Positions 19,702 through 32,116 of a DNA stretch of 64,000 nt are shown here, in pieces. The stretch lies in the NCBI GenBank assembly GCA_002269645.1, contig NIVC01003361.1, positions 38,415-102,414 of the forward strand. Reading direction: 5' to 3'. The DNA is from Macrostomum lignano (lineage: Eukaryota). Numbering within the stretch: position 1 is the first letter of the stretch; each line of letters starts with the position of its first letter. A program made the translations under genes and the position numbers. The notes beneath the pieces were generated by a model that was not told where the DNA came from, did no database searches, and saw nothing but the letters and a program-made list of their open reading frames with translations.

Positions 19702-22700
19702 AAGAGACAGACACTAAGACAGACAGTCAGTGAGACAGACAGTCAGACAGACAGTCAGACAGACAGACAGACAGTCAGACAGGCAGGCAGGCAGATAAAT
19801 AGACAGGCAGACAGACAGAGACAGACAGACAGACAGACACACAGACAGGCAGGCAGGCAGGCAGGCAGGCAGACAGACAGACAGACAGACAGCCAAAAAC
19901 AGTGACCTTAGACCCACCTGGCTGGGGTTCTCATCGAACAGGTTGAGCATGCTGGTGAGCAGGACCCGGCGGTTCATGCGGTTGGTGCGCAGCATGGAGT
20001 ACAGGTGGTGGTTCATGGCCACGGGCGGGTCGGCGTCTGGATCGCGGATTCCGCGCACCACGCGGCCGGGCCGAAGCACCCGCTGCAGCTGGAAGCTCTG
20101 GCGCACCCCGAACAGGGCCCGCATGTTGATGAAGCTGGGATAATGCTTCTCAATCTCCATCAGTTGCGCGTCGGCTTTGGATCGAATAGCGGGATCGGTG
20201 TCCGACTGCATGCTGATGAGGTGCGCCACCGTTTTCACCGGGTGGATCAGGCCCTGCCGCAGGATGGTCACCACCATGGTCAGCGCGGCCAGCCGGACTC
20301 CCGCGTCTTTGTAGTAGAAGGCGGCCAGCACCTGGGCGAGTTCGAGGTTTGTTGGCGATGCTCGATGTGGTTTTGAGGGCGATTTTTGATAGGGTTTGAA
20401 GGCGTTTTTTATGGGGTTTGAGGGCGATTTTTGTTAGGGTTTGAAGGCGGTTTTTGATAGGGTTTGAAGGCGATTTTTTATAGGGTTTGAAGGCGATTTT
20501 TTATAGGGTTTGAAGGCGATTTTTTATAGGGTTTGAAGGCGGTTTTTTATAGGGTTTGAAGGCGGTTTTTTATAGGGTTTGAAGGCGATTTTTGATGGGG
20601 TTTGAGAGCGATTTTTGATAGGGTTTGAAGGCGGTTTTTTATAGGGTTTGAAGGCGATTTTTTATGGGGTTTGAGGGCGATTTTTGATAGGGTTTGAAGG
20701 CGGTTTTTTATAGGGTTTGAAGGCGATTTTTTATGGGGTTTGAGGGCGATTTTTGATGGGGTTTGAAGGCGGTTTTTTATAGGGTTTGAAGGCGATTTTT
20801 TATAGGGTTTGAAGGCGGTTTTTATAGGGTTTGAAGGCGGTTTTTTATAGGGTTTGAAGGCGATTTTTGATGGGGTTTGAGGGCGATTTTTGATGGGGTT
20901 TGAAGGCGGTTTTTTATAGGGTTTGAAGGCGATTTTTGGTGGGGTTTGAGAGCGATTTTTGATAGGGTTTGAAGGCGATTTTTGATAGGGTTTGAAGGCG
21001 ATTTTTGATGGGGTTTGAGAGCGATTTTTGATAGGGTTTGAAGGCGGTTTTTTATAGGGTTTGAAGGCGATTTTTGGTGGGGTTCGAAGGCGGTTTTTTA
21101 TAGCGTTTGAAGGCGATTTTTATGGGGTTTGGGGGCGATTTTCGATGGGGTCTTGGGGGCGATTTTTGATGGGGTTTTGAGGCGATTTTCGATGGGGGTT
21201 TGGGATTTTTTATGCAGTTTTGAGTCAGTCGAGTCGACTTTTGATGGAGGGGAAATCCAGGTGATGCTTGTGAGTTGTGAGGGGCCATTATCCCAAGGAG
21301 AAAGAGTGCAGACCCTACTCAACCGGGGACTCACGTGATCTAGATAAGCCTGAGCCACCATGCTGGCCTTGCCGCTCTGCACATCGTGCATCTCCTTCAG
21401 CGACTCCTGCTGCACATGCTCCTTCCAGGTGGAGTCGGACTGCACCATGCTGGCTTCCTCCTCAAGCAGGAAGCTGGTGAGGTTCTTCAGCACCAGGGTT
21501 TTGGTCTCGTCGGACACCATGGGACCGGCGATAAGCTCGCAGTAGTAGGTCTTCAGCGGGTCCTGAAGCAGCAGGTGCGAGTGCCTGGCGCACATGAAGC
21601 CAAGGCCCATCAGGGACTTCTTCACCACATCCGGGTCGGCGCACTGGGAGCAGAAGAACATGAACGAGCTGAACACGCGCTGCATGATAGCTCCAGTCTC
21701 GTAGGTGGTGATGCTCTCCAAGTCGAAGTACTTCAACAGCAGCCCGACGGTGTACAGGCCGCGCAGGATTGACGGCTTCTGCCGGGGATCGATGAGCTCG
21801 GCGCCAGTGGCCATGTTCTCCTGCTGCTGCCGGTCGATGGGCGTGTAGAACAGGTTGAAGCACGACCGGATCAGCGAGTAGTTGTGCGTGACCCGGTTCA
21901 CCACTGCGCTCAGACAGGCGATCGCGCTGTCCAGCACCATCATGCCCTTGCGCATGGTCAGCTGCACCATCTCCTGCTCGATCGAGCGCAGCTCCTCCTC
22001 ATCTGGGTGCTCCATCAGCGGCACGGTGAGCTCCAGAATCTTAGCCACATAATGCAGCACATAGTTATCCTGCTGGCTGCTGATTTTGATTTTCAAATAC
22101 GATTGCAGAGTGCTGGCGTGGTCCACCATGAGATTCGGCCGGATCTTCGTCAGCATGTACAGGGTGCACAGGCAGGCCACCAGGCGCTGGTTGTTGTTGC
22201 TGGAGATCTCCTCCAGGCGCATGATGTTGGCCACCAGCGTGTCCACTATCTGGCGGCAGGCCTTCTCAACCGGCCGGAGTTTCTCTTCCTTCTCCTCTTT
22301 GAGCAGGCTGCGCAGCAGGCCCTCGAACCAGTCGTATCCCTGAATTATTGGTGAGCAAGTTTACTACTGATGAAAATGGCTGATTATCGACTCAGCGGTA
22401 TTCGTTTTGGAGCTTTGTTGTAGCTAACCTCTCACCCTTCAATCTAGCCTCTCACCCTTCAATCTAGCCTCTCACCCTTCAATCTAGCCTCTCACCCTTC
22501 AATCTAGCCTCTCGCCCTTCAATCTAGCCTCTCGCCCTTCAATCTAGCCTCTCACCCTTCAATCTACCCTCTCACCCTTCAATGTAGCCTCTCACCCTTC
22601 AATCTAGCCTCTCACCCTTCAATCTAGCCTCTCGCCCTTCAATCTAGCCTCTCGCCCTTCAATCTACCCTCTCACCCTTCAATCTAGCCTCTCACCCTTC

Positions 22701-25700
22701 AATCTAGCCTCTCACCCTAAAATCTACACTCTCACCCTTAAATCTAGCCTCTCACCTTTCAATCTAGTCGCTCACCCTTCAATCTACCCTCCTGCCCAAA
22801 ACCCGGTCTCCGCAAGCCTCACTTGGTCCTTGCAAGCGGCCACCACGTCCGTGATGTTCATAACCTTCTGCAGCAGCTTGACATTGTGCGACTCCTTTAC
22901 AGGCGAGAACCACATGGCCTGGAAGACCTCATTAACCAGCTTCCGAATGCCCTCTTCATCGTTGACACGTCGAATCATTTTGACGCACATCTCCGGAATT
23001 TTATTGAAATCCGGCTGCTCAACGCAGATGTCGCGAAATATTTTAATCACCCGCTTGCGCACGCTGATGCCGGTGTCCAGAATCCGCTCAGACAGCATCC
23101 CGTAGTACTGAGCAGTCAACTGCGGCCTCACAATGATGAACTTGCCAATCAGCTCAATACAGGCCTCCCTAACAGAGGTGGAGTTGTCCAACAGTCTACC
23201 GTGAACTGTCCGCTCAATGTCTGCCCGCTCCAGCACCGACGGGTCCACCTCGACAACGGCTGTCAGGCACTTGATGGCCTTAGTGCGCACGGCAACTGAC
23301 TGCTCATTGAGCACCTTCAGTATCTGCGACAGGTAGATGTCGAAGCTCTGCGAGAATGGCCGCATAGAAGCCAGGTAGCGGCACACCAGGCAGGCCTCCT
23401 CATAGTCCAGCATGTAGGCATCGCTCCTGCCGGTGCTCATCAGCCGCCTCTTGGAGGCCAGCTGCTGACTGTCAGCGGCGCCGAACTCGCAGCTTCGCAC
23501 CAGCAGAGCGGTGCGTCGGGACTCCAGCACGTCCAGCGACTCGTGCGCCACCGCCGATTCATCGTTATTGGCAGCGTCGCGTTGCTGCTGCAGAGTTCGC
23601 TCGACCTCCTTGGCGCAGTCTTTGTACCACTGGGCCAGGTAGAAGCGGACAGCGTAGTGCACCGAGGCGTCCACATCTTCAGCGTTGAGGTAGTCGACGA
23701 TGGCTTTCTGCAGGATGACGATTCGCTCCTCCTTGGTGATTGGGGCTTCGTCGGGTGCGGCGGTCGCGGAACTGGCGCCAGCGCCGGAGGCCTCGAGGCC
23801 GCGCGAGTGACCGCGGATCTCCGCCACCAGACTGTCCAGATCCTGCTCGCTCATCTCGCTGGTCACGGCGTCCTTGCGCAGTCGGGATGCCACGGTGCCC
23901 AGGTAGTCCAGCGAGGCCACACGGAGCGCCTGGTCAACGCTGCGATCGGCGAACTGCTTCACCAGCAGGCCGCCAAGCAGGCTGAGGAACATCTCGGCAG
24001 CCGGCCATTCCGGCTTGTTCACCGCTAGCAGCAGGTCCTCTACGAACTTCTCGAATATGCCCCGGTAGTCCTGCTCCTCCGCCTTCTTGGCGCACTTGTT
24101 CAGGAATACGACGAGGAATACCTGGGAATGGGGAATTGGTAGGAAGATTTAGTAATGAGGATCAGTAATTTTCTGTAATTATCAAGCTACAGACAATTGG
24201 CTGTAATTATCAAGCTACAGACACTTAATTGGCTGTAATTATCAAGCTACAGACACTTAATTGGCTGTAATTATTAAGCTACAGACACTTAATTGGCTGT
24301 AATTATCAAGCTACAGACACTTAATTGGCTGTAATTATCAAGCTACAGACACTTAATTGGCTGTAATTATCAAGCTACAGACACTTAATTGGCTGTAATT
24401 ATCAAGCTACAGACACTTAATTGGCTGTAATTATTAAGCTACAGACACTTAATTGGCTGTAATTACCAAGCTACAGACACTTAATTGGCTGTAATTATTA
24501 AGCTACAGACACTTAATTGGCTGTAATTATTAAGCTACAGACACTTAATTGGCTGTAATTATCAAGCTACAGACACTTAATTGGCTGTAATTATCAAGCT
24601 ACAGACACTTAATTGGCTGTAATTACCAAGCTACAGACACTTAATTGGCTGTAATTATTAAGCTACAGACACTTAATTGGCTGTAATTATTAAGCTACAG
24701 ACATTTAATTGGCTGTAATTATCAAACTGCAGACACTTAATTGGCTGTAATTACCAAGCTACAGACACTTAATTGGCTGTAATTACCAAGCTACAGACAT
24801 TTAATTGGCTGTAATTATCAAGCTACAGACACTTAATTGGCTGTAATTATTAAGCTACAGACACTAAATTGGCTGTAATTACTAAGCTACAGACACTTAA
24901 TTGGCTGTAATTACCAAGCTACAGACACTTAATTGGCTGTAATTATCAAGCTACAGACACTTAATTGGCTGTAATTATCAAGCTACAGACACTTAATTGG
25001 CTGTAATTACCAAGCTACAGACACTTAATTGGCTGTAATTATCAAGCTACAGACACTTAATTGGCTGTAATTATCAAGCTACAGACACTTAATTGGCTGT
25101 AATTACCAAGCTACAGACACTTAATTGGCTGTAATTATCAAGCTACAGACACTTAATTGGCTGTAATTATCAAGCTACAGACACTTAATTGGCTGTAATT
25201 ATCAAGCTACAGACACTTAATTGGCTGTAATTACCAAGCTACAGACACTTAATTGGCTGTAATTATCAAGCTACAGACACTTAATTGGCTGTAATTACCA
25301 AGCTACAGACACTTAATTGGCTGTAATTATTAAGCTACAGACACTTAATTGGCTGTAATTATTAAGCTACAGACACTAAATTGGCTGTAATTACCAAGCT
25401 ACAGACACTTAATTGGCTGTAATTATCAAGCTACAGACACTTAATTGGCTGTAATTATCAAGCTACGGACACTTAATTGGCTGTAATTATCAAGCTACAG
25501 ACACTTAATTGGCTGTAATTATCAAGCTACAGACACTTAATTGGCTGTACTCAGACAAACAAATCCAGAAGTAACTTCCAGATAAAAGCTGGCATTATCT
25601 AAAAGAATCAGAGCCGCACACAGCTCACCTGAGCAGTTTTCTTAGCAGATTCGTACGCATCCAGCAGGGCCATTGCCGCAGTGTTGTCTTGATCCTTACT

Positions 25701-28700
25701 TGACGGTACTTTGGCTGGCAGCAGGACTACAGACTGCACCAGCAGCAGGGACAGCGCCGTGAGCATCTGGATGCTCTCCTCAGAGTTGAGTCGAAAGCTT
25801 CTCAAGCTTCTCTTACTGCTAGGCAGGCGAGCCAAGGAGGCGAACAGGTCCTCCAGAATCAGCTGCCGGTGCTTTTCGTACTGGCAGAAGACGCTGGTGC
25901 AGAGCCGCAGGGCGCTGAGCTGCAGATTCTCAACGTTCTCAACAAAGAACGGAGCCACAGCCAGGCCCGACATGGCCAAGATGGCATTGTCAGTGAGTCT
26001 CTGCAGGTCCACTAGCTGGGCAAAGCTGTCCACCAGCTCCACCAGGCGGTTCAACAGGTGAGTCAGGGCCCGGGGCCGGCCGCCGCCGCTGAAACCGCCG
26101 CTGCCGGCAGCCAGGGCACCGTGGCCGCGCTCCTTGGCCCGCTGGCTGCGAATGCTCTGCTGAGTGGCCTTGTGCTGGCTGGTCTTGCGGTAGGCGGGGT
26201 CGGCCTCCGGGTACACGGTGCTGTTCAGCTGGAACTTGGCCACCGCCACGGCTCGCTCGATCACGTCTTCAACAAAGACCTGCTTGGGCATGCCTGGTGA
26301 CGTCATGATGATCAGGGCGGTGAGGGAGGACTCAACTGAGCGCATCACCCGCTCCATGCACAGCTCGCGCCAAAGGCGGCCCTCGGTGTCTTCGGCGTCT
26401 TCAGCCTGTAGTTACAGTACAGGTGGGTCGCCGTTTAAAATAGCTGAATATACAGGGCGAAACAGATAAAAACAAACAAAAGATACAAAGATACAAAGAC
26501 ACACAGGCACCAGACACAAAGACACACAGGCACCAGATACAAAGACACACAGGCACCAGATACAAAGATACACAGACACCAGATACAAAGACACACAGAC
26601 ACCATATACAAAGACACACAGACACCAGATACAAAGACACACAGACACCAGATACAAAGACACACAGACACCAGATACAAAGACACACAGACACCAGATA
26701 CAAAGACACACAGACACCAGATACAAAGACACAGACACCAGATACAAAGACACACAAGCACCAGATACAAAGACACACAGGCACCAGATACAAAGACACA
26801 GGTACCAGATACAAAGACACACAGGCACCAGATACAAAGACACAGACACCAAATACAAAGACACACAGACACCAGAGACAAAGACAAAGTTACAGAAGCA
26901 ACAAAGAGCCAAACAGACGCCACAAAGACTCACAGGCTTGGCGAAGGGCACGAGCTTGGCCCCATCCTTGATATTAGCCAAGAGCAGGCTGAGCAATCGG
27001 ACCAGACGATCAACCGGCATCTCCTTCATGGCTCCCACAGCTTTCATCTGGTTGGCCTTGGCGCACAGGTCAGACAGCAGTCTGGACGGAATCTTCAACT
27101 CGGCTGGCAGTTCGTCAGAGTCGTCCAGCACTTTGATATCGACATCTTCCACCGCGTCTAGAGCTTGATCAACCAACTCTTTGAAGTGGACGAAGGTCTC
27201 GGAGGCGACGAGTTCCTCGGTGGACAGGACGCCCAGGTTGACGCCCAGGCCGCACTTGACTCGCTCACGGGGCCGGTCGCTGTTGCCCTTGGCGATGGGC
27301 GGGTAGCGACTCTCCGAGCTGCCCTTCAGCCGAACTGCATGGATTGTGAAAATTAAAACAAATTAATTTTTCCAGATAAAATAGATAACAAGTGACTCTG
27401 GATTTGTTTGCACTAGAAAGTTTGTAGTAGAAAGTTAACACGACTCTTAAACGACTTTTGTTACGATTCTGCAACTCACGTGATGTGCGTTACGGTCGTT
27501 TGAGTCTATACGATTTTCAATTGACTCTTTATAAATTCTTGTCACTGGTAACTTTTTTTCAACTGAAAAAACGCATAAAATACTTGCATACTACTACTTA
27601 CAGAAAGTAGCATAAAATTTGCTAATTTTAAAAGAAACGAAAAATGGGTTTAAAAACTGTTAAAATAAAAACGCGTTAAAAATGCTTTTGCGTCTACTTA
27701 CAACCAGTAGTATGTAGCGATTCTGAAATTGTAAAATAAAAGCTGCAACGAAAAATGTGCACAAAATCGCGCTTAAAAAATAAACTCAATTTTTTTAAAT
27801 GTCAGTTGAAACAGAACTAAAGACTATTGAACAGAAGAGATCACCAAACAGAACGCATGCAGGTTTACTAGAACAGATTATACTACTACCATGGAGACGA
27901 TCCGACAGTACTATCTGACGAATGCAAGGCTGAGCAGATGCGGCAATCAAGCTACTGCTAGCCGAATCTAATGCCAATTCCACTGAGTCGCAGCTGAGCA
28001 GGCTGGGCCGAGATTTCTTCTTCATCACTAGCGACTCCTCCTGCCGAGGCTGCACTGATCGTTTCTGTTGTCGCTTCATCATTAAGAGCCGACTGATTTG
28101 GATTCTAGCAAGCAAAAAGCTGACTGAAGTATTTATTGATTTTAAAAAATAGATCAAATTGGATCCAACAACCGTTACCGTATGTAGGGGAGGCTGCAGC
28201 GCAGTTTAGTGCTAAAAGTGCTACATAATAGTGCATAGATACTAAATGACTACAGAACTACAGATTGCAATATATAATATAATATAGTGGCATATCGATA
28301 TGCAAAAGACACGCAAGACAACAATCGTTAAAAAAAAACCTGAATTCTAGAATATGTATTTCAAGAGATCTGTGCTACAGTCAACCATATACTGAGTGCA
28401 TGCAATGAGAAGTGCAGAGAAGAGGTGGCTAAGAAACATGACAACAAATCTAATAAAATAAAACTGACATCAGATTGGCGCCAAAACTGACATCAGAATG
28501 ACGCTGAAACTGACACTAGATCGGCGCTAAAACTGACATCAGAATGACGCTGAAACTGACACTAGATCGGCGCTAAAACTGACATCAGAATGGCGCCAAA
28601 ACAGACATCAGAATGGCGCCAAAACTGACATCAGAATGGCGCCAAAACTGACATCAGAATGGCGCCAAAACTGACATCAGAATGGCACCAAAACTGACAT

Positions 28701-31700
28701 CAGAATGGCGCCAAAACTGACATCAGAATGGCGCCAAAACTGACATCAGAATGGCACCAAAACTGACATCAGAATGGCGCCAAAACTGACATCAGAATGG
28801 CGCCAAAACTGACATCAGAATGGCACCAAAACTGACATCAGAATGGCGCCAAAACTGACATCAGAATGGCACCAAAACAGACATCAGAATGGCGCCAAAA
28901 CTGACATCAGAATGGCGCCAAAACTGACATCAGAATGACGCTGAAACTGACACTAGATCGGCGCTAAAACTGAAATCAGAATGGCGCCAAAACTGACATC
29001 AGAATGGCGCCGAAACTTACACCAGATTTGCGCCAAAACTGACATCAGATCGGCGCCAAAACTAACATTAGATCGGCGCCAAAACTGACATCAGATCGGC
29101 GCCGAAACTGACATTAAAATGGCACCAAAACTAACATCAGAATGGCGCCAAAACTGACATCAGATCGGCGCCAAAACTGACATCAGATAGGCGCCAAATT
29201 TGACATCAAAATAACGGCAAATCTGACACAAGAAAGTCGTCAAAACACTTGCACAGTCCATCGACCATCTACCTTTAAAATCCTCGTCGGAGTCGCGCCG
29301 CTGCCGTTTCGACGCTCCGCCGCCTTCTCCATCGTCCTCGTCGTCACTCTCCAGATAGTCCGGCATGTTCTGCATGTTGCCGCGCTGTTGCTGAGCGGCG
29401 AGCCGGCGCGAGTTTTTGAACCGGCCAGCCAGAGACCGGTTGTGCTGCTCCAGCCGCGAGTCCCACGACTCGTCGGCGTCCATGGAGTCGCCGCCGTCTG
29501 CCGCAGTCGAGGCGCCGCCAGTTTTGTCACGCACGCGCCAGTCCATGAGGTTGCGCACCTCGCTGCTGACAGGGTCGCCACCGGCGCCGCCGCCGCGCGA
29601 CCTTCCGCCACCTCGACGAGTGCCGCCACCGCCGCCGCCGCGTTTGGATTTTCGAGTTGACGAGCCGCCGCCAGTGACAGAGGCGGGCTTGCCGCCCTTG
29701 CCGCTGCCGGCGCCGCTGAGATGATGCGGATGCGGCATTGGCTGCTGCTGAGGAGGGGGCGGCGGCTGCATTGACAGCTGCGGTGTGGCAACGGACTGCT
29801 GCATCTGATGATGATGCAGATGATGCGGAGACGAAGCCCCGATAGGAAGCTGCGGCAGGAAGGGGAACCCGGAGCTGTCACCGCCGGGATAGCCGCCGCC
29901 GGCGCCGCAGGAAACTTCGCCCAGATTGGGATAGGACAGGCTGGGCTGGTCGGGCCAGTTCTCCCCGATCTCCGGCAGCACGTCGGCCCCGCTAGGACCA
30001 GCCAGGAAGCCTGGCAGCAGCTGCAGGTTATCGAATAGGGAGGCTGGGAGAGCTGTGGACACCTGCGGCGGCGGTTGCTGCTGCTGCATTGGCGGCATTA
30101 TAGGCATCTGGGTTGGCGACCCGTACATAGGAAGCTGCTGTTGCTGCTGCTGAGGATGATGATGATGAGGCATCGGAGGCTGGGAAGGAGGATAATTTGT
30201 TTGTTGCTGCTGCTGTTGATGAGGCATCGGCGGCTGCATCGGCTGCTGATGAGGAGGAGGCGGATGCTGGGGAGGCATTTGAGGAGTCTGCTGAGCAGGC
30301 CTTGGCCTCGTTAATAACTCCTGAAGCTTCGATTGCTGCTGCTGGCGGGAGAAGCCCGGCGAGTCCAAAGCGTTGAGTCCGCCAGGAGTTAGCGATGAAG
30401 ACGCTGGTGCAGCAGCAGCCGACTGGGGCATCGACAGTGTGAGCGGCTGCAGCGGTGGGTGCTGCTGTTGCTGCAAAGCATCACCGCCCGGCTCTGAATC
30501 AACTTCATTGCGTTTCCGTTTGTCTTTCTTGTGCTTCTTGCGCTTCTCTTTCTTATGCTGCCGGGACACCGAAGCCGTTTCAGCGTCCGCCGCCTCCCCG
30601 ACGGCGGCGACGGAGTCTTCGGCGACATCGTCGGAGACAATCGCGGGCCGCTCCGAAGCGGGATTCTCAATCCTGATTGGCTTCACCACGGGTGACGGCA
30701 GCTTCAGCTTGATCTTGATGCCCTCCCTGCTGACCACCGTCACCTGGCCCGAGGCTCCCGACGGTGTCGTCGAGGTGCTCGGATTGGTCTCGTTCGTGTC
30801 GTCCCTTGTAGAAGAAGACGAGCGACGCTCGCGCTCTTTCTTGCGCTTTTTCTTCTTGTGCCGGTGTTTCTCCCGCTTGCCAGACTCTTCTTGGTCCTGG
30901 TCCGGCTCGGCGTCATCGACTGGCCCCGACGTGGCCGACCCCGAGACTGGCGGGCCTCCGCCGCCCCGACACCGGCGTCTTCCGCTGCCCGACCGCCGGC
31001 TCCGTTAGCCAGCAAGGACTGGCAGTAGAGAGCGAACTCGGGCCGCTTCTCAAATCGGCGGGTATTCTGCGCCAAAACGGCCTGGAACAGAGCCGGTGGT
31101 GCGGCAGCGGCGCACTGGTCGGATTTGAGCTCGATAGATGAAGTGTCGGTCTGGGTGAGGGCCCAGCCGATGCTCTCTAACAGGCGCATATTGCCACGCC
31201 CCTGGGCCAGCTGCTGCTCGGCCTGCTGACCAACTCGCTGGCTGTAGTACAGGGACTGCTGGCGCGATAGACTGGACTGGACAGGCCTGGGCAGCGGCAG
31301 CTCGGGCAAGACTGCGGGCGATAATCGATAGTGTACTACTGTTAGTAGTGCGGGTTTGTTTAATTTCCACAGTAGATTGAAGGCTTATTCTATATTGCCG
31401 TAGGAAGTTTTAGGATTATGATGATTGGCTGGGATTCCCTATAGCGTATTCCGGGATTATGAGTAGCTGGGATTCCCCATGGGGAATTCTGAGATTATGA
31501 CTGGCTGGGATTCCCCATGGGAAATTTCGGGATTATAAGTGGCTGGGATTCCCCATGGGAGATTCTCATTCTGCGATTGAGCAGATGGGATTTCCAATGG
31601 GGGAATTACGGGATTATAAGTGGCTGGGATTCTCCATGGGGAATTCCGGTAGTATGAGTGGCTGGGTTTCCCTATGGGATTCCTCATACATGCGCAACCT

Positions 31701-32116
31701 AGGGAATCACCCGGCCGTTTCTATTGGCAACACACACATGTAAGTCGCTATTGGCTGAAAGCAGTCACGTGACTACTATTCTGTCCAATAGCGACATACG
31801 TGTGTGTTGCCAATAGAAACGGCCGAGTGAATCCAAAGGTTGCGCCCAAGCATGGGATTCCTTAATGGGAAACTCGTGAATTTGTGATGGCGAGTGTGGA
31901 TTCTCAAGGTACCATAATCTTTTATTATATTAGAATAGCACAAGTAACTGGGATTTTACTGGGATTATTAGGGAAGATTCAAGTGATGGGAACAAGCAGT
32001 TGAATGATTAGGACCATATTAAAAGGGTAACCAGACTCATAAACAAATTACTTACTGTCAGTAAGGCTTGTGATGCCAGCCAGACTCTGTATAGGAATTC
32101 CTCCATTCCCAATCAT
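15511..32116 (-). CDS. NIPBL: Nipped-B-like / Scc2 cohesin loader, 10 coding exons, about 2270 aa
   Basis: Exons 32116-32056, 31311-29273, 27334-26934, 26405-25629, 24121-22823, 22339-21335, 20331-19918, 18185-17621, 16627-16521, 15657-15511. Hallmark motifs [78 protein letters not shown]. Exon total 6815 nt, one nt short of a full frame. Confidence 0.96.
15705..16475. repeat. 28-bp minisatellite, about 27 copies, NIPBL intron 9
   Basis: Direct reading. Confidence 0.95.
16521..16627 (-). CDS. NIPBL: NIPBL exon 9
   Basis: tttccag|AC to CAG|gtaagt; phase-1 entry matches the G|gtagag donor at 17621. Confidence 0.75.
16838..17447. repeat. 30-bp minisatellite GAGTGACAATCCTACAGAATGAGCAATAAA, about 20 copies
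   Basis: NIPBL intron 8. Confidence 0.95.
17621..18185 (-). CDS. NIPBL: NIPBL exon 8 (C-terminal HEAT region)
   Basis: ccccag|CGC; [32 protein letters not shown]. Confidence 0.9.
18290..18510. repeat. 22-bp minisatellite GACACAGATGGACACATTGGCA
   Basis: NIPBL intron 7. Confidence 0.95.
18965..19895. repeat. Compound (GACA)n-derived repeat with CACTAA/GTCA interruptions
   Basis: NIPBL intron 7. Confidence 0.95.
19918..20331 (-). CDS. NIPBL: NIPBL exon 7
   Basis: gcccag|GTG to CAG|gtgggt; [21 protein letters not shown]. Confidence 0.92.
20370..21200. repeat. 23-bp minisatellite GGGTTTGAAGGCGATTTTTTATA, about 35 copies
   Basis: NIPBL intron 6. Confidence 0.95.
21335..22339 (-). CDS. NIPBL: NIPBL exon 6
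   Basis: attcag|GGA TAC GAC TGG to CAC|gtgagt; ORF 21098..22246. Confidence 0.93.
22425..22790. repeat. 20-bp minisatellite TCTAGCCTCTCACCCTTCAA
   Basis: NIPBL intron 5. Confidence 0.95.
22823..24121 (-). CDS. NIPBL: NIPBL exon 5 (HEAT repeats)
   Basis: tcccag|GTA to CAA|gtgagg; ORF 22784..24022. Confidence 0.95.
24175..25548. repeat. 32-bp minisatellite GCTACAGACACTTAATTGGCTGTAATTATCAA, about 43 copies
   Basis: NIPBL intron 4; very homogeneous. Confidence 0.97.
25629..26405 (-). CDS. NIPBL: NIPBL exon 4
   Basis: ctacag|GCT to CAG|gtgagc; [24 protein letters not shown]. Confidence 0.95.
26480..26885. repeat. 21-23-bp minisatellite CAGACACCAGATACAAAGACACA
   Basis: NIPBL intron 3. Confidence 0.95.
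26934..27334 (-). CDS. NIPBL: NIPBL exon 3
   Basis: atgcag|TT to CCT|gtgagt; [15 protein letters not shown]...NIKDGAKL. Confidence 0.9.
28465..29200. repeat. 23-bp minisatellite AAAACTGACATCAGAATGGCGCC, about 30 copies
   Basis: NIPBL intron 2. Confidence 0.95.
29273..31311 (-). CDS. NIPBL: NIPBL exon 2 (MAU2-binding N-terminus plus long Q/P/G-rich disordered region), with a 1-nt frame break near 30965
   Basis: ccgcag|TC TTG CCC to AAA G|gtagat; spans ORFs 30740..31309 and 29160..30743; 2039 nt where 2040 is needed. Confidence 0.88.
31415..31680. repeat. Degenerate repeat of about 37 bp (GATTATGAGTGGCTGGGATTCCCCATGGGGAATTC-like)
   Basis: NIPBL intron 1. Confidence 0.75.
31692..31845. mobile_element. 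Palindromic MITE-like element (arms of about 62 bp)
   Basis: GCGCAACC...CGGCCGTTTCTATTGGCAACACACAC mirrored by GTGTGTGTTGCCAATAGAAACGGCCG...GGTTGCGC. Confidence 0.7.
32056..32116 (-). CDS. NIPBL: NIPBL first coding exon [20 protein letters not shown]
   Basis: Similar to the metazoan NIPBL N-terminus (VPITTLAGIASLTD); A|gtaagt phase-1 donor; in-frame upstream ATG at 32125 is possible. Confidence 0.9.

Noticed and set aside
20370-21200. Interstitial telomeric repeat (TAGGGTTT words)
   Set aside because: The motif is only part of a 23-bp unit; no (TTAGGG)n run
24175-25548. CRISPR-like array
   Set aside because: Head-to-tail repeats with no unique spacers, no cas genes, eukaryotic intron context
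20005-31008. Many plus-strand ORFs opposite NIPBL exons
   Set aside because: Antisense shadows of GC-rich coding sequence
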